The position numbers and the translations under genes were made by a program. Shown in pieces: positions 1-13,434 of a stretch of DNA of 64,000 nt. The notes under the pieces are model-generated. The model searched no databases, had not been told where the DNA came from, and saw only the letters and a list, made by a program, of their open reading frames with translations. Location of the stretch: NCBI GenBank assembly GCA_039621445.1, contig CP154954.1, positions 41,285,572 through 41,349,571 on the forward strand. Reading direction: 5' to 3'. Source of the DNA: Euglena gracilis. Taxonomy: Eukaryota. Position 1 is the stretch's first letter. Every line of letters starts with the position of its first letter.

Positions 1-158
1 GGGGGTCAATTTTTGCCCCCCCCAGGGTCGGTCCGGACCCCCCTTGCAGGTGGGGGGGGGGTGGTCCGGCCCCCCCCCTGCGGGCCGGGAGGGGGGGGGG
101 GTGGGGGGGGACACCCCCCCCACCTAAACCATGTACGCCCTCCTTATATCGAACCCTG
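1..158. mobile_element. Right part of a CAG...CTG MITE (same family as 58971-59397), cut by the window edge
   Basis: Ends in TIR tccttatatcgaaccctg; body closely matches ~59245-59397; the homologous macro-repeat site at 6182 (cctccagc) lacks it. Confidence 0.85.
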
Positions 159-1288
159 CCTCCAGCCCCCAATGGGAAAAGGTTGGCCTCCCAGCCATGC
201 AACTTTCGTTTTTTTGATTATTTGCAAAACTTGAACCCCCATTTCAAAAAAAAACATTTGGCAAAAATGCCTTCAGAAAACGCAAAAAAACCCTTTGATG
301 ATGAATCATGTTTGGCCAAAATGCTTTAAAATACCCCAGAAAAACATATAAAAAAAACCTCCCCTTGGGGTCCAGGGTGGGAGTCCGGCTGGCCAGCAGC
401 TGTCCAGATTGTTTGTGAGGGCCTTGGTGCACCTAATCATCTAATCAAGCGCTCGGCGCCATTCATCCACGTTCATCCAGTGGTGTTGGGAGCTGCATGC
501 GTAAGGAGGGGGGGTTGTGGGTTGGGTTGCGAAACCATCCACACCAGGCAGGCCGCCGCGCCATCCCGGTGCTCCGGCGGCGGCGAAGTCTGGTCTCCCC
601 GGGGACGTCCTCGCCCTGCACACCACCGAGAACGGGGGTGCACCGCAAGTAAGCCTGCTGAACGGGGGTGTACCGTACTGTAAGCCTGCTTAAAGACCCT
701 CCGGGGGGTGCTGGCTAGCCAAAAGACACTGGAAAAAACGCACTGAGCACTTTGTACACAGTTTTTTGAACACAGTTTTTTGAGTTTTTTTTGAAATGAT
801 GAAAAAAAAAACCGCAAAAAAAACCTCAATCCTTGCCAAAATCGAAAGACGCAAGAAACCACAAAAAAAAATGCATTTGCCTTCGCCCCTGCAAAATGCC
901 AATTATGCAAAAGCACAACTTCACCTTGCCAGCCCATTTTGGCCCATTTTTTGCGCCTCTGAAAGCAAAGCGCTTGAAAACAATAAAACTTGCTGGTGGG
1001 GGGCATTTAATGAATCTACGGCCCTACCACTCCTGGCCAAGCAGAGGAGGCTAACAATCTTGAGCTGGCTGGATAAAAAAAAGTTGCCAGGTGGTCCCCA
1101 ACCTGCAACTGACCAAGCGTCAAACCAGGCACCAGGGAACCGAAACCGCAAAAAGTGCACTAAAAAAAACTGCCAGAAATTTTATGCAAAAAAATTTTAT
1201 ACAAAAACGGAGGACCTGTTCCAGCCTGTTTTCGGCCCCTTTTTGCATTTCCAAAAGCAAAAAATCCGGGGGGGGGGGACGGGGACGG

Positions 1289-1768
1289 CAGGGTTGTATG
1301 GGAATCTCGGAGGAGGTGGGGGGGGACCCCCTTTCAAAACTAGGGGGGAGGGGGTGGGGGGACCCCCCTCCTACCCCCAGTTATCGGTCGCCGAAAATTT
1401 CGGCCGTTTTTTGGGTGAAAAAATTTTTGTGAAACTTCTCAAAAATGGTGGGGAATCAAAAGAAATGTCTGGAGCCCTGAATATGCCCTATCTAACAGTA
1501 TTTTGGTTTCCCCAGAACTCCCCACCTGGCCCGAGTTACGACCATTTTTCGTCCAATTTTGTCCATTTTGCCCAAATTTTATATTGACCTTCAAGAGAGT
1601 ACACCCGGTGCGCAGCGCCAGAGGATTTTTTATTGCCCCCGCAGAGGAGGGGGAGGGGGGTGGGGAGGACCCACACCCCACCACCTTATCCACCTAGGAG
1701 GGGGGGTGGTGGGGGGACCCCGCCACTGCCACCTACCTCATGTCTGCGGAGCTTCCCAGACAACCCTG
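1289..1768. mobile_element. hAT-like MITE (CAG...CTG, 8-bp TSD)
   Basis: TIR cagggttgtatgggaatctc / gagcttcccagacaaccctg; TSD ggggacgg on both sides; second copy at 7309-7788; absent from copy C. Confidence 0.85.
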
Positions 1769-3497
1769 GGGGACGGGGTCCACGTCGGCTGAAACGACAC
1801 AATCAGTCACCCGGGGAAAGTGCGTCACCGCCCCCATGGACCCCCACCTCACCCAGCAACCCACCTCAGTGGGAACGGCAGCCTCTGACAGGTACGACCC
1901 CAGTCAACACAGCCCCGGCATACCCCGGCCATTGCTTTCTCAGTGGGAGGCCCATCATTTCTCTTGGCAGAGAGGAGCATACCTCTCGCGCTCGAGCCGC
2001 CATCCACCTCTGTCGCAGCAGCCACCGCTTCCAGCAGCCACAGCCATCGCTTCTGGCAGCCGCAGCTGTCATCTGCCCACCGATTTATTTTTGGAAGCTG
2101 CGGCATATTTGCAATCTTAGTAAGCCTTATTACACCAAAACACTGAACCTTTCCATCCCTGCGGTTGTGTGCGCTTCCGTGTCCGGGGTGGCCCGTCCAT
2201 TAAAAAGGGGGGGATTGGGGCTTACTCCGGGAGGGGGGCCGGGTTGTGCTGGGTTTGCCCTGGCCCAGTGCTGGCCGCCACCAAACATCAGCACCCCATG
2301 GGGGCATATGAGTCAGTGGGATCAGGACACACGCAATGGCCAGGCGCCTATAGTCCAGCCCGAAACCTCACGCAGGTGGTGGCAGAAGGCCTGCTGGCCA
2401 TTGCAGGTGTGCAGCCGCGGACCCGATCGGTCCAAGAAACAGGGCAGGACCACAACAGGCCCAGGGCAGAGATCGCAAGCAAGAGCACAGGAGTTCCAAG
2501 CAAAGCAGACAAAGCACAATAGGGGAGCACGTTAGACAGCCCCAGCGAGCTGCAGCACCAAAGCAAAGGTGCAGCAAGACAGCAAACAGAGGCCTAGTCG
2601 GCTTGTGCGGCCTACGGAGGAAAGAGGTCGAGGGCAGCCGAAGGATGGCAGCAAAGGCAAGTGGGGCCCAAATGGCCTAAGCACCGACCTGGCCATGAGC
2701 GACCATCACACCAGTTCTCATTCTCATTCTCTGCTGGCCTCCGACTATAAGTGCCTGGCGGGGTCATGTCATCATGTGCCTGGTGACGGCCGCACATGGG
2801 CCGGCGGGACCCCAAAAATACAACGGGCAGCAAAAAGCATGGCCCTCTGCATTTGCGTGCCATGCACAGCCGGCCACGGTTTTGCACGGTTTGCATTTTC
2901 CAAGAAATCAACGGGGGGGGACGGTGAAATTTCCCAAGATCGCCCTGTTGCTTCCGGCTGTTCAGCCCCCCAGCACAAAAAAGCCTCGGGCGTACAGTGC
3001 CTGTCCTCCACGTTCATCCGGGGGGGGGGGGGGCTGGGGATTGGGTTGCGAAACCATTCGCACCACCAAAAGCGGTGGCCAGGCAGACCACCGTGCCGGT
3101 GCTGGCCTCCTTCCCCGCCGCGCTGCCGGCCCGCCGCGCCGTCCCGGTGCTCCGGCGGCGGCGAAGTCTGGTCTGGGCCTCCAGCATCCCGGGGACGTCC
3201 TCGCCCTGCACACCAATGAGGGGGGGGGGGTGATTGGGGGGGAGGGAGGGGGGGCAGTGAGCGTCCTGGGGTGTCTCGTTCGCTGCCCGGAAAAAAACTT
3301 ACCATAAATCAACAAAGCGCTGGCTGGCTCCCCTTGAGGGGGGTTCCAAGCAGGCTTCTGCTCAGGGTCCGCAGGGGTCGTCCACTGGCAAGTATCAAAA
3401 AAAGACAGGTGGAATGATGGATGCAAAAAAACCCAGAATTTATATGTACAACGTAATGCATGTTTTTATATTGTGTATATTGTAAAAAATTTGTACA

Positions 3498-4464
3498 CAT
3501 ATGGCAGCAACCTTTTAACTGCCCCCTCCAATGGCCATGTGCTTGGCCCCCCAGGGGGAGGGGGGCAAATAAAATCTCCTGGGTCATCAAAAAATCTTTG
3601 CGGAATTGATAGAAAAGGGTTAGGGTTACGAGTTCGGCCTAACTCTCGGCCCAACTTATAAGGTGTACAATTTAGGCCTAAGGTTAAACCCCCCCATTTA
3701 AACCGATCCATCGGTTTACGACTTTTGGGTTGACGGAAATCCTGGAAGGGGTCGGTTTAGACGGGTCGGTTTAGACGGGGGGTCGGTTTCAGGGGGAGCA
3801 CACGGCTGGCCGACAGCGTGACGGAAGCGGGTTGATGTTAGCAAAGCCATTTCAATTGGCAAATGCCTACTTTGGTTGGCCAATTCCTAACTTTGAGTGA
3901 CAAATGCCTAATTCAAGATGTAAATTCTTAATTTTAGGGGCAGATGCTGAATTTTTGGGTGTAATATCCAATTTTTGGTGGCAAACTGCCGAATTCTGGG
4001 TGCAAACTTCTAATTCTACGTGGTAAATGCCTTATTATATATTTTTGGGTGCTCCAAATTTTCGGAGGAAAATGCCCAGTTTGAGGCGCAAACTCCAAAA
4101 TTTGGAAGCAAATGCCTAATTTTGGGTGTAAAATCCCAGTTCTGGGTCATCAAAAATAACGATTCAATGAGCCTGGACACTCTTTCTGTTGGCGGCTTCT
4201 ATTATGTTGTGCATGTTAGTCATCCAACTTGCCATGGGTCGGTTATTTCTTTTTTTTTGGTTGAAATTCTGCAATGGGTCGGTTTGGAAGGGTGGGTCAG
4301 TTTGGAAGGGGGGTCCGTTTAAATGGGGGGTTTAAGATTCTGCTCCAACCATAACGCAAAAAAAATTTGGAACCACCTGGAGACGTTACTTGGTCCCCCT
4401 GGGGGGGGGGGCAAATACCATGCTGCCCTTGGGGGGGGGGCAAATAAAAGCTTGCTGCCATATG
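3498..4464. mobile_element. Non-autonomous TIR element with ~105-bp imperfect TIRs in TA-rich flanks
   Basis: catatggcagcaa... at 3498 and ...ttgctgccatatg ending 4464; arms ~3498-3602 and ~4355-4464 are imperfect reverse complements; left arm recurs at 21170. Confidence 0.7.
3688..4331. mobile_element. TTAA-flanked MITE (piggyBac/Kolobok-type target site) nested in the previous element
   Basis: TTAA|acccccccatttaaacc ... gtttaaatggggggt|TTAA; degenerate internal aaatgcctaatttt subrepeats; second copy at 21371-22006. Confidence 0.75.
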
Positions 4465-4508
<44 letters not shown>

Positions 4509-5759
4509 CATACCTATACATAAAACAATTATGGCAGAACTTCAAAAAAATCTGTGCGTCGTGAGACAGTTGCTCCGAGTGTGAAAATCGAACATGCAAA
4601 AATGTAGCTGAAAATGTGGGGAAATTGCCATCGTTTTTCGATTCAATTTTAATTTCATTGGTTTAATTTGCTGAATGCCAGAAATTTGCTGAAGCTGTGG
4701 ATACAATTCATCCCCACCATACAGAAGACACAATCATTTATATATTTTTATGCATGGCAACCTAGCACCCACAGCGAAACTAAAATTGATTAAATGGAAT
4801 AAAATACCCCAAATCTCCTGAAAATAAGAAAATTTTTGTAGTTTGAAAAATGTATGATTCAGTAAGTGGCGTTGCCATGTCAGCTTCAAACACCTGAAAT
4901 GACCTGCTGAAGACCAGAAAGACACATTGGATTGAAAATGGGCATCATAAGCAATTCTGAATAACATTCCAATTCACACGAGTGGACATTAAACATGTTT
5001 CTTCATTCGTGAGAGGGGGGTTTTACAGGTTGTTGGGGGGAGCGGCTGAGAAGATTTGGGGTCTGGACTCTGGGGGAGGGGGTCGGAGACACATTAAGCA
5101 ACAGTGTGGTCCAGACTGGGGAACCAGAAACAAATATATCCCGGGGGGGGCTCGGCCGGACCCACCCCCCCTCCCCCCTCCCCCCCCCCGGGGGTCCACA
5201 ACTAAAAAAAACCCCTGGTCTGTGCTAGGGCACATTTAGCCAAGTGCCCTACCCCCCCCCCGCCTGCCCAGGCAGGCACCCCCCGAGGTGGGGTCGGCAC
5301 CCGACTAAAATACGGCCTGGTCCTCACCCCTGCCCCACTGAACCCAAATGGGGCACAACCTCAGGCGGAACATCCTGATGCGCCAGGCCAACCCCCCTCC
5401 CCAAAGCCCCTCTGGAAAAATAAAAAATAAACACGGCTCTGCCTTGCAAACTATGCCCTTCTTGGTCCACACAACACCGGTGCTCTTCATCAACGACAAA
5501 AAAAATCCAAAAACTAGCAAAAAGGAAAGATCATCGGGGGGGGGGGGGGTACAGCATTTCTGATTTGCAAAACGGGCAACCTGGCAATCCGCTGCATCAA
5601 TTTTTTCTTGACATTGGTGTCATTTTCATTCTCGTAAAGCGGAATGCGCACACTCGTTCACAGCCCAGCCCCCCTTCCCACCGATGCAGCAGCACACACC
5701 TGGCAGCGAGTGGACCGGCGGGCAGGTGGTGGTGGGGGAACAGCGCAGCCCGCCGCCGC

Positions 5760-6083
5760 TCCTTCGTTCTTCTTCCTTCAACTTCTTTCCACTTTTTCCT
5801 TCTTCTTCCTTCTTTCCTCTCATTCCAGCATATGCCCAATTCTTCCTCCGTCTTTTTCCCTTCATTTTTCTTCTTCTCCTTCTCCTTGGCCTTCTTTTTG
5901 TTCTGCTTCTTTTTCTTCTTCCTTCTTCTGCTTTTTTTGTCTTCTTCCGTCTTCTTCTGATCATCATCGTCGTCATCTTTTTCTTCTTCTTCTTCTTCCA
6001 TATTTTCCTTCATTTTCCTTCTTCTCCTCCTTCCTTCTTCTTCTCCTTTTCCTTTCTTCTTTTCCTCCTCCTTCTCTCCTTCT
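5760..6083 (+). repeat. CT-rich / (TTC)n low-complexity tract
   Basis: Polypyrimidine run; homologous tracts at ~12345-12990 and ~22930-23420. Confidence 0.9.
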
Positions 6084-7308
6084 TGGAGAGCACCTGAGTG
6101 CCGAGGGAGGGGTGTGGGGGGTGACAACCACACAAAAATCTGGGGAAAATGCAGCACGTTGCAATTCATTCAACCCACTCACCTCCAGCCCCCAATGGGA
6201 AAAGGTTGGCCTCCTAGCCATGCAACTTTCGTTTTTGTGATTATTTGCAAAACTTGAACCCCCATTTCAAAAAAAAACATTTGGCAAAAATGCCTTCAGA
6301 AAACGCAAAAAAACCCTTTGATGATGAATCATGTTTGGCCAAAATGCTTTAAAATACCCCAGAAAAACATATAAAAAAAACCTCCCCTTGGGGTCCAGGG
6401 TGGGAGTCCGGCTGGCCAGCAGCTGTCCAGATTGTTTGTGAGGGCCTTGGTGCACCTAATCATCTAATCAAGCGCTCGGCGCCATTCATCCACGTTCATC
6501 CAGTGGTGTTGGGAGCTGCATGCGTAAGGAGGGGGGGTTGTGGGTTGGGTTGCGAAACCATCCACACCAGGCAGGCCGCCGCGGCCATCCCGGTGCTCCG
6601 GCGGCGGCGAAGTCTGGTCTCCCCGGGGACGTCCTCGCCCTGCACACCACCGAGAACGGGGGTGCACCGCAAGTAAGCCTGCTGAACGGGGGTGTACCGT
6701 ACTGTAAGCCTGCTTAAAGACCCTCCGGGGGGTGCTGGCTAGCCAAAAGACACTGGAAAAAACGCACCGAGCACTTTGTACACAGTTTTTTGAACACAGT
6801 TTTTTGAGTTTTTTTTGAAATGATGAAAAAAAACCGCAAAAAAAAACCTCAATCCTTGCCAAAATCGAAAGACGCAAGAAACCACAAAAAAAATGCATTT
6901 GCCTTCGCCCCTGCAAAATGCCAATTATGCAAAAGCACAACTTCACCTTGCCAGCCCATTTTGGCCCATTTTTTGCGCCTCTGAAAGCAAAGCGCTTGAA
7001 AACAATAAAACTTGCTGGTGGGGGGCATTTAATGAATCTACGGCCCTACCACTCCTGGCCAAGCAGAGGAGGCTAACAATCTTGAGCTGGCTGGATAAAA
7101 AAAGTTGCCAGGTGGTCCCCAACCTGCACCTGACCAAGCGTCAAACCAGGCACCAGGGAACCGAAACCGCAAAAAGTGCACTAAAAAAAACTGCCAGAAA
7201 TTTTATGCAAAAAAATTTTATACAAAAACGGAGGACCTGTTCCAGCCTGTTTTCGGCCCCTTTTTGCATTTCCAAAAGCAAAAAATCCGGGGGGGGGGGC
7301 GGGGACGG

Positions 7309-7788
7309 CAGGGTTGTATGGGAATCTCGGAGGAGGTGGGGGGGACCCCCTTTCAAAACTAGGGGGGAGGGGGTGGGGGGACCCCCCTCCTACCCCCAGT
7401 TATCGGTCGCCGAAAATTTCGGCCGTTTTTTGGGTGAAAAAAATTTTGTGAAACTTCTCAAAAATGGTGGGGAATCAAAAGAACTGTCTGGAGCCCTGAA
7501 TATGCCCTATCTAACAGTATTTTGGTTTCCCCAGAACTCCCCACCTGGCCCGAGTTACGACCATTTTTCGTCCAATTTTGTCCATTTTGCCCAAATTTTA
7601 TATTGACCTTCAAGAGAGTACACCCGGTGCGCAGCGCCAGAGGATTTCTTATTGCCCCCCGCAGAGGAGGGGGAGGGGGGTGGGGAGGACCCACACCCCA
7701 CCACCTTATCCACCTAGGAGGGGGGGTGGTGGGGGGACCCCGCCACTGCCACCTACCTCATGTCTGCGGAGCTTCCCAGACAACCCTG
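7309..7788. mobile_element. hAT-like MITE, duplicate of 1289-1768
   Basis: Same TIRs and ggggacgg TSD. Confidence 0.85.
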
Positions 7789-9282
7789 GGGGACGGGGTC
7801 CACTTCGGCTGAAACGACACAATCAGTCACCCGGGGAAAGTGCGGCACCGCCCCCATGGACCCCCACCTCACCCAGCAACCCACCTCAGTGGGAACGGCA
7901 GCCTCTGACAGGTACGACCCCAGTCAACACAGCCCCGCCATATCCCGGCCATTGCTTTCTCAGTGGGAGGCCCAACATTCTCTTGGCAGAGAGGAGCATA
8001 CCTCTCGCGCTCGAGCCGCCATCCACCTCTGCCGCAGCAGCCACCGCTTCCAGCAGCCACAGCCATCGCTTCTGGCAGCCGCAGCTGTCATCTGCCCACC
8101 GATTTATTTTTGGAAGCTGCGGCATATTTGCAATCTTAGTAAGCCTTATTACACCAAAACACTGAACCTTTCCATCCCTGCGGTTGTGTGCGCTTCCGTG
8201 TCCGGGGTGGCCCGTCCATTAAAAAGGGGGGGATTGGGGCTTACTCCGGGAGGGGGGCCGGGTTGTGCTGGGTTTGCCCTGGCCCAGTGCTGGCCGCCAC
8301 CAAACATCAGCACCCCATGGGGGCATATGAGTCAGTGGGATCAGGACACACGCGATGGCCAGGCGCCTATAGTCCAGCCCGAAACCTCACGCAGGTGGTG
8401 GCAGAAGGCCTGCTGGCCATTGCAGGTGTGCAGCCGCGGACCCGATCGGTCCAAGAAACAGGGCAGGGCCACAACAGGCCCAGGGCAGAGGTCGCAAGCA
8501 AGAGCACAGGAGTTCCAAGCAAAGCAGATGAAGCACAATGGGGGAGCACGTTAGACAGCCCCAGCGAGCTGCAGCACCAAAGCAAAGGTGCAGCAAGACA
8601 GCAAACAGAGGCCTAGTCAGCTTGTGCGGCCTACGGAGGAAAGAGGTCGAGGGCAGCCGAAGGATGGCGGCAAAGGCAAGTGGGGCCCAAATGGCCTAAG
8701 CACCGACCTGGCCATGAGCGACCACCACACCAGTTCCCATTCTCATTCTCTGCTGGCCTCCGACTATAAGTGCCTGGCGGGGTCATGTCATCATGTGCCT
8801 GGTGGCGGCCGCACATGGGCCGGCAGGACCCCAAAAATACAACGGGCAGCAAAAAGCATTGCCCTCTGCATTTGCGTGCCATGCACTGCCGGCCACGGTT
8901 TTACACGGATTAACATTTTCCAAGAAATCAACGGGGGGGGGACAGTGAAATTTCCCACGGGCGCCCCGTTGCTTCCGGCTGTTCAACCCCCCTCACAAAA
9001 AAAATCGGGCGTACAGTGCCTGTCCTCTACATTCGTCCAGCGGGGGTGGCAAGCAGTGGTGGTGGGACCGGCATGTGGGGGGGGGGGGGGCTGTAGGGAT
9101 TGGGTTGCGAAACCATTTGCACCACCCAAAGCGGTGGCCAGGCAGACCACCGTGCCGGCGCTGGCCTCCTTCCCCGCCGCGCTGCCGCCCGGCCGCGTTG
9201 TCCCGGTGCTCCGGCGGCGAAATTCCGGTGCTCCTTGTCTCGCCCTGCACACCAATGAGGGGGGGGGGGATTGGGGGAGGGG

Positions 9283-9729
9283 CAGGGATGGATGGGAAGC
9301 CTGTGGGGGGGGGGGGGGTCGGACCTCCCCTCCTACCTCGAAACTGAGGAGGGGCCGAAAAAATTTCAATTTCATGGACGGGCAAGAGGCCGGAAATCAG
9401 GTCGAAATCGGTCAAAAATCCCTGATTTTTCTTTGAAAATCGATCCAAAAATGCTCATTTTTTGGAATCTTTTGAACATTTTTTGGGGGTAAAACACCAA
9501 CACATCATCAAAAAATGGGCAATACGTCCAAAATTCAGCAAAAGTGGTGTTTTTGCTCATTTTCCGGCGCTGCGCGCCGGAAGAAAATTTTCTTCTATTT
9601 TTGGCACCTGCCGAGGAGGGGGGGGGTGGGGGGATCTGGACACCCCCTCCCAACATCTAGGGGGTGGGGGGTCGGGACCCCCCCCCCTACCACCTACCTC
9701 AATACCGAAGGGCTTCCCATCCATCCCTG
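9283..9729. mobile_element. hAT-like MITE (CAG...CTG, 8-bp TSD)
   Basis: Perfect 19-bp TIR cagggatggatgggaagcc / ggcttcccatccatccctg; TSD gggagggg; absent at homologous sites ~3240 and ~20930. Confidence 0.9.
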
Positions 9730-12013
9730 GGGAGGGGGGGCAGTGAGCATCCTGGGGTGTCGCGTCCGCTGCCCAGAAAAAACTGACTAAAAATGCATAA
9801 GGCTGTCTCTCCTTGGGGGGTGTTCCTGGCAGGCTGTTTCAGCCCCCCAGGGGTCCACTGGCTTTCTGCGGAGACACCAGATAAAGCCCAAGCTGAAATT
9901 AGACCCTCCCCGTGGGGGGGTCTAAGGGCTTCCCCAAACGGAAAAATTTTTTCCTTCGGCGCTGCGCACCAATATCAAGCCAAAATCATTCAAAGATCCC
10001 TGATTTTTATTCGAAATGAAATCCTGCAATACTCATTTTTTTTAAAAAAAATTGAATTTTCACGTAGAATACACAAAAAACGGATAAAAAACACAAACGC
10101 GCTCATTTTCTGGTGTGATTGGTGGAAGAAAATTCTTCGCTTTTTTTGGGAACCAGTCAAAGCAAGCGGGTGGGGGGCAATCACCCATACTCAAGCCCCC
10201 CAAAAATTGCCCATTTTAGGCCATTTGAAGCCAACTTAAAATATAGGTGGGGTTCTGAAATTCACAATTTTGGGTTGCTTTCCAAAAAAAAAAACTGCAT
10301 CATAACGTTGATACAAAGAAAAAGTTTGCTGAAAAAAAATGTTGGACAAAATATCAAAAAGACATGAAATGATGGACGCAAAAAAACCTTTCATTAACAC
10401 AATCATGGCAGAACTTGAAAAATCTGTGCACTGTGGGACAGTTGCTCCGAGTGTGAAAATCGAACAGGCTAAAATACAGCTGGAAATGTGGGGAAATTGT
10501 AATCGTTTTTCGATTCAAAAATTTTTTCTTACTTTCAAGAGATTTTGGGATATTTTAGCTATTTTAGTCTATTTTTGGCCACGTTGGGCCATTTTCGCTA
10601 TAAGTGCTTGGTTGCCATGAACAGAAATATATATGATCAGAAAAATACATTGGATTGAAATGGGCATTATGAGCAATTTTAAATAGATTGTATCATGGAT
10701 TTGGGAGTCATCCTCCCCCCCCCCGGGGTGGGGTCAAAGACACTTTAAGCGACACTGTGGTCCAGACTGGAGCCCCAGAAACCAGGATGCAGGGGGGGGG
10801 GGCTTCCAGGACAAGTGGGGGAGGGGGGGGCACTTTTATCCCCTCAAAGCGCACCTCCTCCAAAAATTAAGCGAGAAAAATCTTCCCATCACATTCTGTC
10901 AGGCCAGCAACTCACTAGCACCCGAAAACGGACAAAAAATGTTAAAGATTTTCATTCAAAACTTTCAGGTGAAGACCCCAAAAAGAGCTTTAGGTGGGTA
11001 AAGAACCCTTTAGATGCCTTCAATATTTTTTATGGCTGAAAAGCCTTAAAATAAAAACATCTAAAAAATAAAAAGCGCTCTGTAAAAAATTATCTGCCGA
11101 AGTAAAATAAAGTCGCGAAATCTCAGCAAAAAATCAAGTCGGCTTGAGGTGGGAGGAAAAAGCTGTCTGGTGTCACTGGAACATTATCTGCTCCCCCCAC
11201 AAACAAAAAAAAAACCAGAAAAATGCTGAATTCAACCCTTTTTTTTTTTTTAATTTGGACCCGTTTCGATGGCCCTTGGGCCGCACTTGGAAAATAAAAC
11301 TTGGAAAAAAGCAGAAAGATAAAAAACCTTTTAAAACAGCCCGAAAAACCTGAGGTAACAGGCATTCGCTGTGGAGTGCGTGCAGTGTGCTGGGCTGTGG
11401 CGGACCACTTGTAATCAGAGCTTTCCATTCTCACCCCTTGAGGGGGGGGGGGATTGTTGCCTCCTGGCGCAAGGCGTCAGAATGTTCCGCTCAAAGGCGT
11501 GCCCATTTTTTTAGTTTCCCTCCCCAAAGCCCCCCCCTCGAAAGAGCATGACAAAAAAGAGTTTCTGCGGCTGTGCCTTGCAATCTATGCCCTTCATTTT
11601 CCACAAGGAACAACACCCGTGCTCTTCGACAACTACAAAAATCCAAAAGCTAGCAATAGCGAAAGATCATCGGGGGGGCACAGCATTTCTGATTTGCAAA
11701 ACGAGCAACCTCGCAATCCGCTGCATGAATGTTTTCTTGACATTGGTGTCATTTTCGTTGTGCTGAAGCGGAATGCGCACACTTGTACACAGCCCAGCCC
11801 CCCTTCCTGCCGATGCAGCAGCACACACCTGGCAGCGAGTGGACCGGCGGGCAGGTGGAGGTGGGGGAACAGCGCAGCCCGCCGCTGCTCCTTCGCTTGC
11901 CCACACTCCTGCGCCGCCTGGCCGCCGCTGCCTCCCGTCAGTGCCCCCTGTTCTCACAAACAAACAAACCGAAAACACAAACTCCACCACAAAACTTTTT
12001 TGTCCGCTCGAAA

Positions 12014-12045
12014 TGTGTGTGCATATGCGTGCATGTGTGTGCGTG

Positions 12046-12117
<72 letters not shown>

Positions 12118-12165
12118 CCACGCCCGCGAGCGCATGCGTGCGCGCGCGCGTGTGTGTGGGTGTGC
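12014..12165 (+). repeat. (GT)n microsatellite
   Basis: Long TG dinucleotide run; related (AC)n/(GT)n at 4472-4498 and 22625-22817. Confidence 0.95.
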
Positions 12166-12551
12166 AAGCTTCCTCAAAAAAAAACATGCTCGGCTGTGTT
12201 CCTGTATTGTATTGTATAGCCACCTGGGGGAAACAGCAACACATACAATTCACAGAAAAAAAACGTCAACCACAAACTGTTTTGTGAAGTGCAGGGCACT
12301 GGGCTGGCAGGGGGGAGGTGGGTGTTGGGCTGGCAATGAGTCCTCACCTTTCTTGTCTTTCTGTCATCTTTGGCCATTCGTTCCGCTTCGTTCAACTTTT
12401 TCCTTCTCCTTCCTTCTTCTTCCTTCCTCTTTATTCCATCGTCTGCTCCTTGCTTCTTCTTCTTCTCCTAACTCCGTCATCTTCCATCTTCTTTCTGTAT
12501 CATTCTTCTTCTTCTTCACCCCATTATAACTGGAACCCCTGCTGGCGACCA

Positions 12552-12910
12552 CCCCCGAATAGCAAAATTTTGGCAATTTTTCAACATAAATTGGGGGGGG
12601 GACTCCCCCAACTGAAACAGACCGCCCCATACCCGCACACGCATGCCGCTGCTCAGCCCTCCTCAGCGCGGACAGCACCAAAAGAATCCCCCATTTCCCC
12701 GCCGAGCCGCGCTCAAGGAAAGGCGATACGCCCAAACCCCCAAGCTCCCATTCCCACTCCAACCTGGGGGCACGATTTCCACGGCCAATTGGCCCTAATG
12801 CCAAAAAGTGCAACCAGCCCCCGGGACCAGGTCAGCTGGGTTCCCCACCCCCAAAAACCCCATAATAACCGAACCACTGGTGGTCAACACCCCAAAATAG
12901 CAAAGTTTTG
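12552..12910 (-). repeat. Dispersed, degenerate inverted copy of the 200-bp satellite monomer
   Basis: ccagcccccgggaccaggtcagctgggttccccaccccc and ggtcaacaccccaaaatagcaaa are reverse complements of the satellite. Confidence 0.8.
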
Positions 12911-13036
12911 CTTTCTTCTTCCCCTTCTTTCGTATTCTTCATCTTCCTTCTGCTTTTTCCTTCATTTTCCTCCTCCTTCTCCTTCTTGGAGAGGACCTGA
13001 ATGACGAGGGTGTGGGGACACACAAAATTCTGGGGG

Positions 13037-13434
13037 CAGGCTTTTGCTTAAGGACCCTGGGGGGGGGGTACTGGCTAGCCAATCGGCTGGACACTGGAAA
13101 AAGTGGACAAGCTGGAACCCCCTCCCCCCTGGGGGGGGGGGGGGTCCGGGGGTCCCCGGACTGCAAAAATGAGGTTTTTAACAGGTTTTTGGCTGATTTT
13201 GTTCCAAAAATTCCCAAAATGGCCAAAAACGGGCATTTTGGCCATTTTGGGGGTCCCAAAAAAATTTTCCGGCGCTTTGCGCCGGTCACTGGAAAAAAAA
13301 TTTCCACTAGCTAGCCCTGCTAGCAGACCCCCCGGGGGGGGGGTCTGCTAGAAATCCCTAGCCAAATTTGGACTAGGTGCAGTCCAGCTCCCGGGGGGGG
13401 GGGGGGGTACTGCAATCCCTTAAGCAAAAGCCTG
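13037..13434. mobile_element. hAT-like MITE (CAG...CTG)
   Basis: Perfect 17-bp TIR caggcttttgcttaagg / ccttaagcaaaagcctg; degenerate TSD tctggggg / cctgggga; empty site aaaatctggggaaaatg at ~6135-6151. Confidence 0.85.

Larger units (their letters stand above)
159..6181 (+). repeat. ~6-kb macro-repeat, copy A
   Basis: cctccagcccccaatgggaaaa recurs at 6182, ~13483 (variant) and 23836; 159-~3000 is near-identical to 6182-~9020, differing mostly in homopolymer lengths. Confidence 0.9.

Noticed and set aside
796-3307. 200-300 aa ORFs in the macro-repeat
   Set aside because: They cross MITE boundaries and are frameshifted in the near-identical copy B
5565-6240. Lys/Glu-rich and Phe/Ser-rich ORFs (also 22418-23458, 11454-12529)
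   Set aside because: Low-complexity TTC and GT repeats; not conserved in frame between macro-repeat copies
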